From Octopus bimaculoides (taxonomy: Eukaryota): DNA of 64,000 bases. The notes beneath the pieces are model-generated. The model was not told where the DNA came from, did no database searches, and saw only the letters and a list, made by a program, of their open reading frames with translations. The stretch spans positions 159,873,880 to 159,937,879 of the forward strand of contig NC_068981.1 in the NCBI RefSeq assembly GCF_001194135.2. Reading direction: 5' to 3'. Below are positions 25,356 to 38,897 of the stretch, piece by piece; position 1 is the first letter of the stretch; each line of letters opens with the position of its first letter. The position numbers and the translations under genes are program-made.

Positions 25356-25897
25356 AGTTCAGTATTATAGGGACAGTGTGTCTGTGTGATTAACTTTGCT
25401 TTGAAACTACATGGCTTCAGATTTGATCCTACAGTACAGTACCCTATACATGAAACTTCTGTCATTGCCTGAAATCACCCAAAGAACTTGGTAGACCTAA
25501 ACGATGTAGTAGTTCACTAGAGGGACCGTTACTGCTCTTCAGGAGTAAACTTAATCAGTTACAAAGTTCAATGACACTATCAGGCTCTTCAGTGGAGCCT
25601 ACTACTGCTAATCTGCTGCAAGAATTCTGGTTGTCTACCCCTGACTGAGGATGAATTACTCCCTTCTTCTTATCAGTCTTGAAGGCCTTGAAAGATATGA
25701 TGGACACTGCCCTTTCTCATCTGACAAAGTTATGTAAAAATTAAATTAATAAATATAAAATTCTAGTTTCTATTTAATAAATAACTGAATTTTGTAAGTA
25801 TAAAGCTTTAAATACTCAGTACTAATTATGTGAAATATCGTTGCATAATAATTAGAACTATTTTAATGTATAAAATTGATTATATAAAAAAGCATAC

Positions 25898-25956
25898 TTG
25901 ATATGTGGAACCTCCAGACAGTTTTCCACCATCAATTAAAAGCAAAATGGCATAAT
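25898..25956 (-). CDS. SLC38A11: SLC38A11-like exon (DYAILLLIDGGKLSGGSTYQ)
   Basis: tctctttcag|AT...CAA|gtatgc; 59 nt, phase 1 to 0; resembles my recollection of vertebrate DFSLVLLIKGGALSGTDTYQ. Confidence 0.92.
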
Positions 25957-26078
25957 CTGAAAGAGAAAGACAATATATAGTTACATATAGATATATAGCT
26001 ATATAGATAGATAGAGAGGGAGCTACATACATATATACATGCATGCATGCATACATACATACATACATACATACATAC

Positions 26079-26109
<31 letters not shown>

Positions 26110-26294
26110 CATACAAACATACATACAAAGAAATATACATATATACTTCTGCACATGCATGTGCACACACACAAATCAACACATACAAACACTTATAATT
26201 ATCATTCATAAATATATACACATATATATGTATATTTATATATATATGTATAGATGTATGCATGTGTATTTACATATATATATATATATATATA

Positions 26295-26731
26295 TGGCTG
26301 TGTGGTAAGTAGCTTGCTTACCAACCACATGGTCCNNNNNNNNNNNNNNNNNNNNNNNNNNNNNNNNNNNNNNNNNNNNNNNNNNNNNNNNNNNNNNNNN
26401 NNNNNNNNNNNNNNNNNNNNNNNNNNNNNNNNNNNNNNNNNNNNNNNNNNNNNNNNNNNNNNNNNNNNNNNNNNAGAAGCCTGTCGTATATATGTATATA
26501 TATATGTATGTGTGTATGTGTTTGTATGTCTGTGTTTGTCCCCCCAACATCACTTGACAACCGATGCTGGTGTGTTTATGTCCCTGTAACTTAGCGGTTC
26601 GGCAAAAGAGACCAAAAGAATAAGTACTAGGCTTCCAAAGAATAAGTCCTGGGGTCGATTTGCTCGACTAAAGGCGGTGCTCCAGCATGGCCACAGTCAA
26701 AAGACTGAAACAAGTAAAAGAGTAAAAGAGT
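26295..26731 (+). mobile_element. Family-A tRNA-SINE, young copy interrupted by a gap
   Basis: ggctgtgtggtaagtagcttgc head, internal (TA/TG)n, and 3' ...ccagcatggccacagtcaa...aaaagagtaaaagag. Confidence 0.85.
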
Positions 26732-26903
26732 ATATAAAGAATAAAATGTTTTGAGTGGTACAACAATGTACTATAATACAAACATTGAGCTATATACCTG
26801 TTGTAATTTAACCATCCCTAGCCTGATAATATTTCAGAATAAAATTCCTTCCTCAGATATCCCTAGGAATTGATGGAGTCGCTGCTATATACTCTCATGT
26901 ATG

Positions 26904-26930
<27 letters not shown>

Positions 26931-26934
<4 letters not shown>

Positions 26935-27222
26935 TGGAAAAAAGTTGTCAGAATTTTAGAAAAAATTTTTTAAATTTTATTATATCTTCATTTTCACATT
27001 AACATTTTCGTTCGTCTTTCAAACTTGTCAAATGCAATTCTGTGAATATACAGATATCTTGCTTATTTATATAACACATGTTTTGTGGGGATTTTGTTTA
27101 TAAGAGAACATTGTTTTTGTTTTGCTTTTTTGTGGGGTGAGGCTTTGGGGACAATGGAAGATGGATAGACAGATAGATAGACAGATAGATAGACAGACAG
27201 ATAGACAGACAGATAGACCGAT

Positions 27223-27280
<58 letters not shown>

Positions 27281-28039
27281 GAGATGTGGAACGTGTAACA
27301 ATACCAACAACTTCAAGTACATAGAAAGTGGTTCCCACATAAAGTTCAAGAGCAGATCCATTTTTAAAATAAATGCAGATATGAACTGTAAAACAAAAAA
27401 AATCTCATATACTGCATTACCTGCCTAAACTGTAAAGAAAATTACATTGGGGGAAAGAATAACTCCCTCTGCCAATGTGCAAAAATTCACAGGCAACATA
27501 TCCGACAAGAAGAACTACGAAAGATTCCATTGAGTAAACATCTAGAAATATGTGGAGATGGAAAGTTCAAAATCTCTCCCTTTTACAAATGTACACGGGA
27601 CGATCCGCAATACTGAAAGGCAATGGAACTACACTTCATAAAAAGATTCTCTCCGAGGTTAAATGTTTGAAAGAGAAAAAAGAAAAGCAAAGAGTACGTT
27701 TTGTATGTATGTATATGTATATATGTCTGGGTATGATATGATATATATATAGTTATTTTATTTTACTTACTAATTGATTTTATTTACAAATATTATACTA
27801 ATGTATTCTCATACAGAACTACACCTTACCAAAAATAAATAAATAAATGTATGACAGGAATATATTCTAAATATAACTCAAAGAATATAAAAACAAAGGA
27901 CTAAAACAGAAAGGAGAAGAAAACATTTTTTATTATTTATTTTTTAAATTTTGACAGTCCTTAAAAAGACCATTTCAATACAATGAAAAGTGGTGGATAG
28001 GAAAATGAATAGCCCTTCTCTCTCTCTTTTGTCCTATCC

Positions 28040-28099
<60 letters not shown>

Positions 28100-28364
28100 A
28101 TATGTCTGTCTATCTATCTGTCTATCCATCTTCCATTGTCTCCAAAGCCTCACCCCCCCAAAAAAAACCAAAAAAAAAACAATGTTCTCTTATAAACAAA
28201 ATCCCCCAAAAACATCTGTTTTATATAAATAAGCAAGATATCTGTATATTCACAGAATTGTATTTGACAAGTTCAAAAGATGAACGAAAGCGTTAATATG
28301 AACATGAAGATATAATAAAATTTAAAAAGTTATTTCCAAAATTCTGATGACTTTTTTTCAATAT
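26931..28364. repeat. Long inverted repeat (arms about 26931-27278 and 28035-28364, each including a (GATA)n tract)
   Basis: About 240 bp of unique sequence per arm aligns as a reverse complement at roughly 85-90% by eye. Confidence 0.9.
27279..27670 (+). mobile_element. Penelope-like element GIY-YIG endonuclease 3' fragment
   Basis: RCGTCNN..MNCKTK/NLIYCITCLNCKENYIG..HRQHIRQ..LSKHLEICG..MELHFIKRFSPRLNV-stop; one frameshift and one internal stop. Confidence 0.8.
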
Positions 28365-28394
28365 TCAATTCTGTACATCTCACTCTCTCTCTTT

Positions 28395-28459
<65 letters not shown>

Positions 28460-29719
28460 CACATATGCATATATGGGTGTGTGTATCAAAATGTATTATA
28501 TATATGTATGTATGTTTGAATATGTAAGTATGGTCAAGACTGGTAAAATATTACTTAATATTAAAGGAAAAGTCTTATGTATGATTGTAAAAGCTAGCAT
28601 TTCACATCAGGTTATTCAAATTTCATGTTAGCAAACCTCAGACTATATCTAAAGTGCAGTATAAGTGATCTGTTATGCAGAATATACAGGGAAGTGTTGC
28701 AGAGAAAATCTTTTAAGAGAAGCAGAAAAAATAGGGGGAAAATAAAATAAAAAATAAAAATGTTAACTAAAAAAAAATCATGCATTTTTGTAAAGAGTGA
28801 AGTGTGTGTTAAGAGGAGGAAAATCTTCTGTATGCTTATGGGCTGCTTGACCTTTCAAACTAAAACTGAGACTGATAAATTATAAAATTTTCTATATGTA
28901 TACATATATACACACATATGTGTGCATATATATGTATGTATAATTAACAAAATAAATATACATACATATATATATATAATATAAATAATATANNNNNNNN
29001 NNNNNNNNNNNNNNNNNNNNNNNNNNNNNNNNNNNNNNNNNNNNNNNNNNNNNNNNNNNNNNNNNNNNNNNNNNNNNNNNNNNNNNNNNNNNNNNNNNNN
29101 NNNNNNNNNNNNNNNNNNNNNNNNNNNNNNNNNNNNNNNNNNNNNNNNNNNNNNNNNNNNNNNNNNNNNNNNNNNNNNNNNNNNNNNNNNNNNNNNNNNN
29201 NNNNNNNNNNNNNNNNNNNNNNNNNNNNNNNNNNNNNNNNNNNNNNNNNNNNNNNNNNNNNNNNNNNNNNNNNNNNNNNNNNNNNNNNNNNNNNNNNNNN
29301 NNNNNNNNNNNNNNNNNNNNNNNNNNNNNNNNNNNNNNNNNNNNNNNNNNNNNNNNNNNNNNNNNNNNNNNNNNNATCATGCATTTTTGTAAAGAGTGAA
29401 GTGTGTGTTAAGAGGAGGAAAATCTTCTGTATGCTTATGGGCTGCTTGACCTTTCAAACTAAAACTGAGACTGATAAATTATAAAATTTTCTATATGTAT
29501 ACATATATACACACATATGTGTGCATATATATGTATGTATAATTAACAAAATAAATATACATACATATATATATATAAATATATATCTGTGTGTGTATGT
29601 GTGTGTGTGTGTGTATTTACGCATGAATGAGTACATGTATTTGAACTATGTTTGAGCTCTATGTTATGGTTTGATTTGATCAATGTTACTTATATTTCAT
29701 ACACATTATTCCAACTTAC

Positions 29720-29794
29720 CTGATGCAAGTGCAGCTACTAGGATTATTATTATTCCTAATCCAATTCCAGCTCGCTTCAGTGCATAAGGTACTC
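29720..29794 (-). CDS. SLC38A11: SLC38A11-like exon (G-VPYALKRAGIGLGIIIILVAALAS-D)
   Basis: ttattttcag|GA...TCAG|gtaagt; 75 nt, phase 1 to 1; matches the GxPYAxKxAG motif. Confidence 0.92.
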
Positions 29795-30429
29795 CTGAAA
29801 ATAAAATTCATTAAAATATATTACAATAATCTTAATTTATAAACATGGAAGTCATCATCATTATCATCATCATCATCATTTAACTTTTGCTTTCCATGCT
29901 GGCAAGGGTTGGCTATCAGGGACCTGTCCAGGCTCCAACTGTCTGTTGTAGCATGGTTTCTCCAGCTGGATGCCCTTTTTAATGCCAACCATTTAACAGA
30001 GTTTGCTGGGTGCTTTTTTCTAAAATTTGTTTATTCTTTTATTGATTTCAGTCATTGAAACGCAGCCATGCTGGAATGGTTTCTAATCATTTATTCCAGC
30101 CTTGATTCTTTAACTGGTATATATTTCAACATACTTGTTAGATATGAAGTTTAATACTGTCATTCTCAGAAGGGAAGATAACTCAATTGGGTATAAATAC
30201 TGCAAGATTTCATCTCAAATGTAACATCTTTCATTGCTTGTTGAAACAAACACACACATGACATACAATTTCCCCTCTATTAAATTTCATTTACAGTGTC
30301 ATTTAATCAGAATATATAGCAATAGACACTTTCCCAATATGCTGCACAGTTGGATTGAACCCAGGACCACAACTTCTTTATCTCACAGCTTTGACTATAT
30401 ATTGGAAAATGCTATAGTCATGTAGAAAA

Positions 30430-30740
30430 TCTTCTTCTTAGGTCTGCCGGTGCCTTTGAGTGGCACATTGAGCAGTCAGTAATCACCAATTATCTGCCTC
30501 TGGCCAGCCAGTATACTTCTTCCCAGGTGATGTTCAGTATTCAGTCTGTGTAGGTCTTCTTTGAAGGTACTACTCTGTGTCTTCCTTGGCCAGTCTCCTT
30601 TACTCTTACCTTTCAGTGGCATCCAGCCCATGGCTGTTTTGGCTAGCCTTCCTTCTGGCAGTCTTAGTATGTGTCCATTCTCATTTGTTGAGTATACAGA
30701 CAAAAACAAAGATGATTTCAACTCTGTTTTCATAGGCAGC
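30430..30740 (-). mobile_element. RTE-like LINE 3' relic
   Basis: GHILRLPEGRLAKTAMGW..KGDWPRKT..KEDL resembles the RTE ORF C-terminus (GHxxR..GRPRKTW..DL). Confidence 0.55.
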
Positions 30741-32152
30741 ATATGTGAAATATAGTTTACTGAAAGCTTGCTTTTGTAACATATGGCTGGAAATGTTTGG
30801 TGGCTTCTAGTTTGTGGCTTCTCACTTTTGAAGTTCATTCTTAATCAATCAGGATATCTATAGAGCATAAATAAAATAAGTTTCAAAGAGCCATATCTAT
30901 AAATTGAAGCCAAATCTACAAACAAAATTTGTTAGAAAAAGGCAACTATGTTTTTCCTCTTAAAAATATCATTATGTTTACATTTGCAAATGTAACATCT
31001 GTTGTGTTTGTATAAATCATTTTTATGGTATAAAACTGGAATATTATAACAGAAAATATATAACTGAAACATTGGCTTCAAATTTTGGCACAAGGCCATC
31101 AGTTTCAGGATAGGGCTGAGTCAATTACATTGATTCTATTTTTTTTTCCTCTCACAAAATCGAAGTTCCACAGTTATTCAATATCCTGCTAGAAAGGTCT
31201 CTACATAAAATGGGCATAAATATATTTAAGAAACATCTGAAAAGTCTACAATCTGAGATCCTTGATTGACCGACATCATGACAAGAAATAAATGAGGGCA
31301 ACAGTATAAAAATCTTTCATTTGCCAAAAATCAAACTACAGAAAGAGGGATGTAAAAGCAGTAGCAGCAGTAATAATGGTGCTCCAGCATGGCCGTAGTC
31401 CATGGGCTGAAACAAGGAAAAAGAATAAAAACAAATGAGAAATTAGAAGTGAAACATGTCCTGCAATCTCAAAAAAAGGGAAAAACAATGGAAAAAAAAG
31501 TGATTCTGGCTTCCCTGTACATAAGAAAAAGATGGAGTGGTCAAGGTTGGAATACTTTTGATCATATGTCTGCTCATTCAGGGAAGCCTGGGGCTAAACA
31601 ATAACAACAACATTTTAGGATGATACCAAGGCCCTAACAATTGACAGATTTCTGCATTCACCTTCAACAAATGGAACAAACTTTCAGAAGCTAATATACT
31701 TACAAAGGCTCAGAACATAAATGCATATAACATAACTCTATATAATAATAGCCAATATAAATGTTGGTTGGTTGGTTGGTTGGTCGGTTGACTGATCAAT
31801 CTCTCCATTGTATAGAGAGAGGGAGAGAGAGAGTGAACAAGAGAGAGAAACAGGGTCAGTTAACATACCAAGTGCAGGAGGAGTGCACATACTAGGCTTA
31901 GTGGAAGACAATGAGTGAAAAAGTGCTAAACACAGTCAGAAAGAATCCTAGAGCTAGAGGAGAAGAAGGAAGAAGATGATGACAACAACAATAACGGTGA
32001 AAACAACAACAACGATGACAAAGGCTTTGCAATAGTTAATATTTATTGTCATGACTATTTTCTTTTGATGCTTTTCAAGTAAGCTGTTCATTAGTAAAGT
32101 TTTTTTTTCCATTAAGCAGAAAAGTATTCACTACTTTAAAGCATTTATAAAC

Positions 32153-32239
<87 letters not shown>

Positions 32240-33469
32240 ACACTCATGGTCCTTTGTTTTATTTGATGAAAATGACATTTACAAGATGATTGATTTATTC
32301 TATAAATGAACGATAAGTATAGAGCAAACTCAAAAAGTAAATTAAAATGGTAGCCAAATTAAAATCATAACAAATTTGTGAAAGACATGAGAATAATACC
32401 TTGATTTAAATAGGTTTGAGGTCATACTGATGCAAGCTTTTGTTTTGTTATTTGTAGTAACATGACATTAATATACAATCCTTAGATGTATTTGGAATCT
32501 AAAGGGTATTGGTTTTGTTTATTGGTTTAGATAAATGAGACATACAGCTGAAAAGCTTCAATAGCTCAAAACATTCAGCCATTTTGTAATTTCTGTATTG
32601 AACAATGAATATAACTAATTTACTAAATGACATGCAGGTTCATAAAAATCATAGATTTCTTTTTCACAACTTAATTCTATTTTTTGACTGTGTATTTCAG
32701 CTGGTGCAAAGAGGGCAAATGCTGGGCAATGCTGGAGAAAGAAAAAATTGTGTAAGGTCTTGAGAAAGGGGCACACATTGTAAGACTGGTTTGAGGCATG
32801 GGACAGGATAACACCAGCTGCATGTTATTTAGTATGAATGCACACAACAATTACAACTAACACTTTCTCAACAAACAAAAATAAGTGAAACACCAATTAA
32901 CAAGTGAGAAATGGAAATACTTCATTATAATTAATAAAATTATTATGACTAACAATTTCAACACAGGCACACAAGCAATGAATACTAGTCCAAACACACA
33001 ACCAGACAATGACACTAGAGCATATGGTATGATCCAACCAGACACAGAAAAAATATCTGGTTTTAAATTACCATCAGAGCAAGCCATGTTGAAGGTCAAT
33101 ACTATTGATTGTTTTTCTGAAATAGAAAAAACTTTCGCACAAATTAGACAGAAATTAAGGAATGACTGTAACAACAATGATAATTCCCTTATGATTACTG
33201 GTAGTGCCTGCAACAACTTCAGTTTCAGTCCTAACTCTTCTTGCTATCAATGCCAATAATGGCAATATTAAATGACTTCTTAAACTCCTACTGCAGCCCC
33301 TCTGACAAACCATATAATATGAAACACACATATCCCATCAAACTACCCTTTAATAAAAGAATCTGCATACTATGATATGCAGATAAAGAAACAAGCAAAA
33401 TTTACACTGACTAACAAGAAAATTAAACAAATTCTAATGCAATACGGGATGATGATGATGATGATGATA

Positions 33470-33872
33470 AGCAGAAGGAGTGCAAGTGTAAAGGCAGAGA
33501 TACCAAGGATCAACTCCTAGTAGACAAAACTGTACTTAGAAACTGCTAGAAGAAGAAAACTAGCCATGTCATGGATTGATTATCGTAAGGCATATGATAA
33601 TATCCCACATTCTTGGGTTATGGAATGCATGAACCTATTTGATATTGCATCAAATGTTGAGCGATTGCTTGGAAAAAGTATGGCAAAGTGGAGGACGGAA
33701 CTGACTGCATATGGAAGAAGTTCAGGGACAATAGAAATCAGGAGTGGCATCTTCCAAGGGGACTGCCTGTTCCCACTGATCTTTGTACTGTGCATGATAC
33801 CACTAACACAGATTCCGAAGAAAGCAAAGGCTAGGTATGTTTTCAAGAGCTGCCAACAAAAAGTCAACCAGG
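33470..33872 (+). mobile_element. R4/Dong-like RT fragment
   Basis: TKDQLLVDK..MSWIDYRKAYDNIPHSW..GIFQGDCLFPLIFVLCMIPL..KVN; starts after (GAT)n. Confidence 0.8.
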
Positions 33873-34535
33873 ATCTGACAAACAGGATTGTGTTGAGCCC
33901 CAATTAGTTTTGGTATGGTTTCTATGGCTAGATGCCCTGCCTAGTGTCAGCCACTTTACAGTATATACAAAGTGCTTTTTTCATACCACTGGCACTAAGG
34001 TTGCTGAATAATTTACAAGGCAGGAAAAATAAAGGATGGAGATCCTTCAACCATGTAGGTGTGGTAGGGGAGTAGTTAAGAGGTGGCTCTATGCCAGGTG
34101 AGGAGTGACTAAATTATGAAAGAGGGACAAGCACAGGTGTCTTATTATAGAGGAGATATATGACTATGATACATTATATAAGGGTTGCCCACTAATTTGA
34201 CAATGAATCAGTGTATTAAAAATAAAGAAATAATTAACTTCCTGCAGATAAGTCCAGCAGAACATAATTTGCCAAACTATGCTCAATTGATAAACCAAAT
34301 ATTAATGACATGAGATAAGTAACAGCACAGTATTGCAGAAAAATAGAAAAGTTTCTTAATGTCCATATGGTGATGTTAAGTAACATCTTCCAACTCTCAG
34401 GCAATCAGTAATGACACACCTATTTCTCAACACTGGGAATAAAGTCACTGCCCCATCTCAAATACTTCCCCACTTAGTCAGGCAGGGCCTTATACTTTAC
34501 TTTTCCTGTTTTGCAAGTTATTTGGCAACTTCGTT

Positions 34536-34751
34536 ACAAGGGGTGCTAAAAAGTTCTTGGCTTTAAGGGTATCGTGAAAGGCCTGGCTGGAGGTCCAATA
34601 TTCTGAGTTCTTTTACAGGGCTTAGAAAAACTGAAGGACCATTGAAATAAGTGTGTAAATCTGAGAGGGGAATATGTTGAATAAGATCATAATTAACTGA
34701 TTCTCCTATATTTTCTTTTACCCAAAGCCAGGAACTTTTCAGTACCCGCTT
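34536..34751. mobile_element. Mariner-derived MITE (partial second copy at about 44318-44410)
   Basis: TIRs tacaaggggtgctaaaaagttcttggcttt and aaagccaggaacttttcagtacccgcttgta. Confidence 0.7.
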
Positions 34752-35693
34752 GTAGTGCTGGCAACATGAAAGTACTCAGTTCATACCATAAAATAGTTGG
34801 CATTAGGGATGGCATCCAACTGTAGTAACCATACCAAAGCTGACATTTGAGTTTGAGACAATTCTGCAGTTTGCCAGATCCTGCCAAAATGTTTGACCCA
34901 TACCAACATAGACAATAGATGTTAAAGGAAGATGATGATGATATATGGCCTTTGGAAAGATCACAAACCTGTCTTTGGACTCATTGTTGTACCACCAACC
35001 AGACCAGTTTACAGAACAAACAGCTCCAGCAACTAGAGACTGTCATATTTCACACACCCACTAACAGAAGTGCCTATGGAGGTTTGCAACTGCAAAGAAT
35101 GCTTTCTCAGTAGAATCAATGACTATAACCACTTCTGTCTTTCCAGATCGCATAGAATGTAATATCCCTATATCCACTAATCAATATTGATTTTGCTGAA
35201 GGGAAGTGTGTGGAGATGATTTGCAAGAGTGATGCAGTGTTTCGCAATGCTGATATCAAATGAGATGGAATATTCCATAAAATTTATATGCAATAACGGA
35301 AACTTAAACAAATATGATCTAAAAAAGTTTTGTACCACCAGATGAAAACAAAGACCCTCTCCCATCATTACCCTATCTGTAAAAAATACTCCCATTGAGC
35401 ACTGGAATCAACCAACCAAACTGTAAGGGAGCACAACTAAATAAGCATAATGGTACATACTGTTGGTGCCAGTATAAAAGCAATGCTAAAGGAGTACATA
35501 TTTGAATTTAATAATAAACTATTTAGCCAAATGAAAGATGTAGCCATTTCATGGATTGGAGAGATAAATAAGTCAGATAATACCAAATGAAGAGACCCAT
35601 GTCTGTGGTAATGTTCTCACAATGTGTTGATATAAATACTGTGAGTGAAACAACTGCAGAAGATGATACTCAGCAAAGAGGAAAACGTACTAT

Positions 35694-35779
35694 AAAAAGC
35701 ATCTAACACACAAAAAGCATCTAACACACAAAAAGCATCTAACACACAAAAAGCATCTAACACACAAAAAGCATCTAAC
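35694..35779 (+). repeat. 18-bp minisatellite (AAAAAGCATCTAACACAC) x4.7
   Basis: Four perfect copies plus a partial copy. Confidence 0.95.
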
Positions 35780-35837
35780 TCCAACCACCACAGCATTGAT
35801 GTGACTGTTAACTACCTGTCCAAGTACCACAACAAAA

Positions 35838-36250
35838 GTGTGCGTGAGAAGACCCGGCAAGCCAAGTAAGATCGTTGCCAGTGCCCCTGGACTGGTTCTT
35901 GTGCGGGTGGCACATGAGATGCACCATTTTGAGCGTGGCCGTTGCCAGTACAGCCTGACTGGCTCCTGTAGGATTTTCGAGCGAGATCGTTGCCAGTGCC
36001 CCTGGACTGGCTTGTGCGGGTGGCACATAAAAGACACCATTTCGAGCGTGGCCGTTTTCGTGCGGGTGACACGTAAAAGCACCCACTACACTCTCTGAGT
36101 GGTTGGCGTTAGGAAGGGCATCCAGCTGTAGAAACTCTGCCAAATCAGACTGGAGCCTGGTGTTGCCATCCGGTTTCACCAGTCCTCAGTCAAATCGTCC
36201 AACCCATGCTAGCATGGAAAGCGGACGTTAAACGATGATGATGATGATGA
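35838..36250 (+). mobile_element. 5'-truncated RTE 3' UTR copy with (GAT)n tail
   Basis: High similarity to 46690-47285. Confidence 0.85.
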
Positions 36251-36834
36251 TCATCATCATTATCATGGGCAGTTTGACAGATCCAATGGGCCCAAGGATT
36301 GCTTTATACTCTACTGTCTATTTTGGCATGGTTTCTATGGCATGTACTGGGTGCTTTTTTTCACACCACCTGCACTAGTGAGGTCACCATGCACTAGCCC
36401 TGAGAAAAGCAGCTATATGCTAAGAGATGAAGAGTTAAAACACGAGAGAAGTATCCAGAGCAGAACATATTTCTATCTGTAGAGAGGCTACATGGTTATT
36501 CACATTTTAGAAGAAACAGTTGAGGTGATCAAGGTGGGGGTAGAGAAGAGATCAAATAGTGGTGATGAGGTGTCTGAGAGGGCCTTCCAGTAATGAAGTG
36601 AATAGAAGTGAGTGGGACTAGAAGAGCTGAGGAAGTAGCAGTGTTGGAGTTGCAAGAATAAGTATAGGATTTCATTCATTGTGTGCAATTCTTTGGATAA
36701 AACCAGCAGAGAGACACAGATAGATAGACAGACAACAAGCTTCTATCAGTTTTTACCTACCAAACCCACTCAGAAGGCTTTGGTTGGCCCAGGGCTATAG
36801 TGGAAGACACTTGCCTAAGGTTCCATTTTTTTTC

Positions 36835-37162
36835 TGTGGGGGTATCTCAAGGATAATGTTTACCAAAACAACCCTCAAACGATTGGTGAACTGAAGGCAG
36901 GAATCACAGCAAAAATCAGGGAAATCCCCAAAGAGGAATGTGTTCGAGTAATTGACAATTTTATGTGACATATGCAAGTGTGTCTCCAATGCCACAGAGG
37001 CTGTTTGGAGCATGTTTTGAAAAGAACATGACTTTTATGCAAAGGGAAAGATCGAACACAGACCAAAGTTTAAGTCCCAGCAAGTTTCAAGAAATTTTCT
37101 GGACCCTTGTAGGATTTAATAGAATTTTTATGTGTTCTGTTTTTTTTTTGTGTCATCCTGTA
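36835..37162 (+). mobile_element. Mariner-family 3' fragment
   Basis: WGYLKDNVYQNNPQTIGELKAGITAKIREIP..VIDNF..GCLEHVL, ending gtcatcctg-ta. Confidence 0.7.
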
Positions 37163-37190
37163 TATGCATGTATCTATATGTAGGTGTGTA

Positions 37191-38357
37191 TCTATATATA
37201 TAAAAATGAGAATGTGTGTCTGTCTGTCTGTCTGTCTGTGTGAATCCCTAAAACTCGAGAACTACGCAACCAATTTCATTCAAATTTTACACATGCCTTA
37301 CTTAGGGTTCAAGTTGTGTTTTAGTCAAAAAAAATTTTAACTTCTTCCAGAGTTCGAGCCCACAGTATTACGTGTCAAAAGTGAAACAAAAACACTCATG
37401 TCAAATACTTTCACTTTAAAAATGAAACTATTCTACTAACTGAAACAATCACATTTCGATACTTTCAGAGAGAAAGAGAGAAAGAGAGAAAGAGAGAGAA
37501 AGAGATGTATATGTATACATATACATGTATATGTACNNNNNNNNNNNNNNNNNNNNNNNNNNNNNNNNNNNNNNNNNNNNNNNNNNNNNNNNNNNNNNNN
37601 NNNNNNNNNNNNNNNNNNNNNNNNNNNNNNNNNNNNNNNNNNNNNNNNNNNNNNNNNNNNNNNNNNNNNNNNNNNNNNNNNNNNNNNNNNNNNNNNNNNN
37701 NNNNNNNNNNNNNNNNNNNNNNNNNNNNNNNNNNNNNNNNNNNNNNNNNNNNNNNNNNNNNNNNNNNNNNNNNNNNNNNNNNNNNNNNNNNNNNNNNNNN
37801 NNNNNNNNNNNNNNNNNNNNNNNNNNNNNNNNNNNNNNNNNNNNNNNNNNNNNNNNNNNNNNNNNNNNNNNNNNNNNNNNNNNNNNNNNNNNNNNNNNNN
37901 NNNNNNNNNNNNNNNNNNNNNNNNNNNNNNNNNNNNNNNNNNNNNNNNNNNNNNNNNNNNNNNACAACAGTGTAAGACTACCCTTTCAGATATACTTTCA
38001 TTGTGATTTCTGCAATGTGGTGCATAAATTGTCAAGTAAATGAGACGCATCTTTGCCTCCACTGATTCACTTGCAAAGTGTTAAGTAAAATTATTTCGTT
38101 GCAGACCTCCTTTGGGTCTTTTTATTATCACTACGACACACATAGTCCCCAGTTGGTAACATTGATTTCAAGGCCCTCCTAGATGAGAGACTGGCATTCC
38201 ACTTAATGTCTATGTTCCATGCTGGCATGGATTGGAGAGTTATTAATGTAGAAATATGGTATCGTAGCTACTAACAGTTGAGGGTTGCATAGTCTAGACG
38301 GCGTTTTTAGATTTCATTATTCTCTTTAACCCGGGCAAAGCCGGGTATTTCTGCTAG
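37191..38357 (+). mobile_element. Non-autonomous Helitron (spans a gap)
   Basis: A|TC 5' end, internal (GTCT)n, CCCGG-gcaaag-CCGGG hairpin at 38330-38345, CTAG|T 3' end. Confidence 0.8.
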
Positions 38358-38655
38358 TATATATTAAAACAAAGACTGAAATTTATGTTATTATTTTTAA
38401 TTCTGTAGTTACAGTTGCTTCAATACAACATGGGAAATACATTTTGCGAGTGAAATATTAATGAAGCTATAATAATTATGGTTGACCTCATCTTCCATAG
38501 CTTAACGCCTGCTACCATAGAAAAATCTTGCTGTAGTAATCACCAGGTGGTGTGAAGCAGGACATAATTTAGCTCTAACAATGGAACAGGGATATATATT
38601 TACACACACACACACACACACACGCACACACACACGCACGCACACACGCACACAT

Positions 38656-38701
<46 letters not shown>

Positions 38702-38897
38702 GCATATGTGTATAATGCGTCCATGTAAATATATATGTATATTTGATGCCTCCTTGTACGACTTTTCATCTTTATGAGAGTGTATATATGTATACACATA
38801 TGCATGCACTTAACATGTATGTACATTTTTGCATAGTTTTTTTTAACAAAGGGATGAAAACAATACTAAAAAGAGGAACTTGATACCAATAACTTAC

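Larger units (their letters stand above)
32950..35620 (+). mobile_element. Probable Penelope-like RT relic interrupted by younger insertions
   Basis: DCFSEIEKTFAQIRQKL (N-terminal region), IL*YADKETSKIYTD (ADKG-like) and MLKEYIFEFNNKLFSQMKDVAI (FEFNxxxYxQxxGxAMG-like) occur in colinear order; heavily decayed. Confidence 0.4.

Noticed and set aside
28777-29575. About 200-bp near-identical direct repeat on both sides of the N gap
   Set aside because: The pattern is typical of unmerged overlapping contig ends; treated as an assembly artefact.
32701-32751. 51-nt plus-strand exon-like segment open in all frames
   Set aside because: Too short, no recognisable homology, no linked exons.
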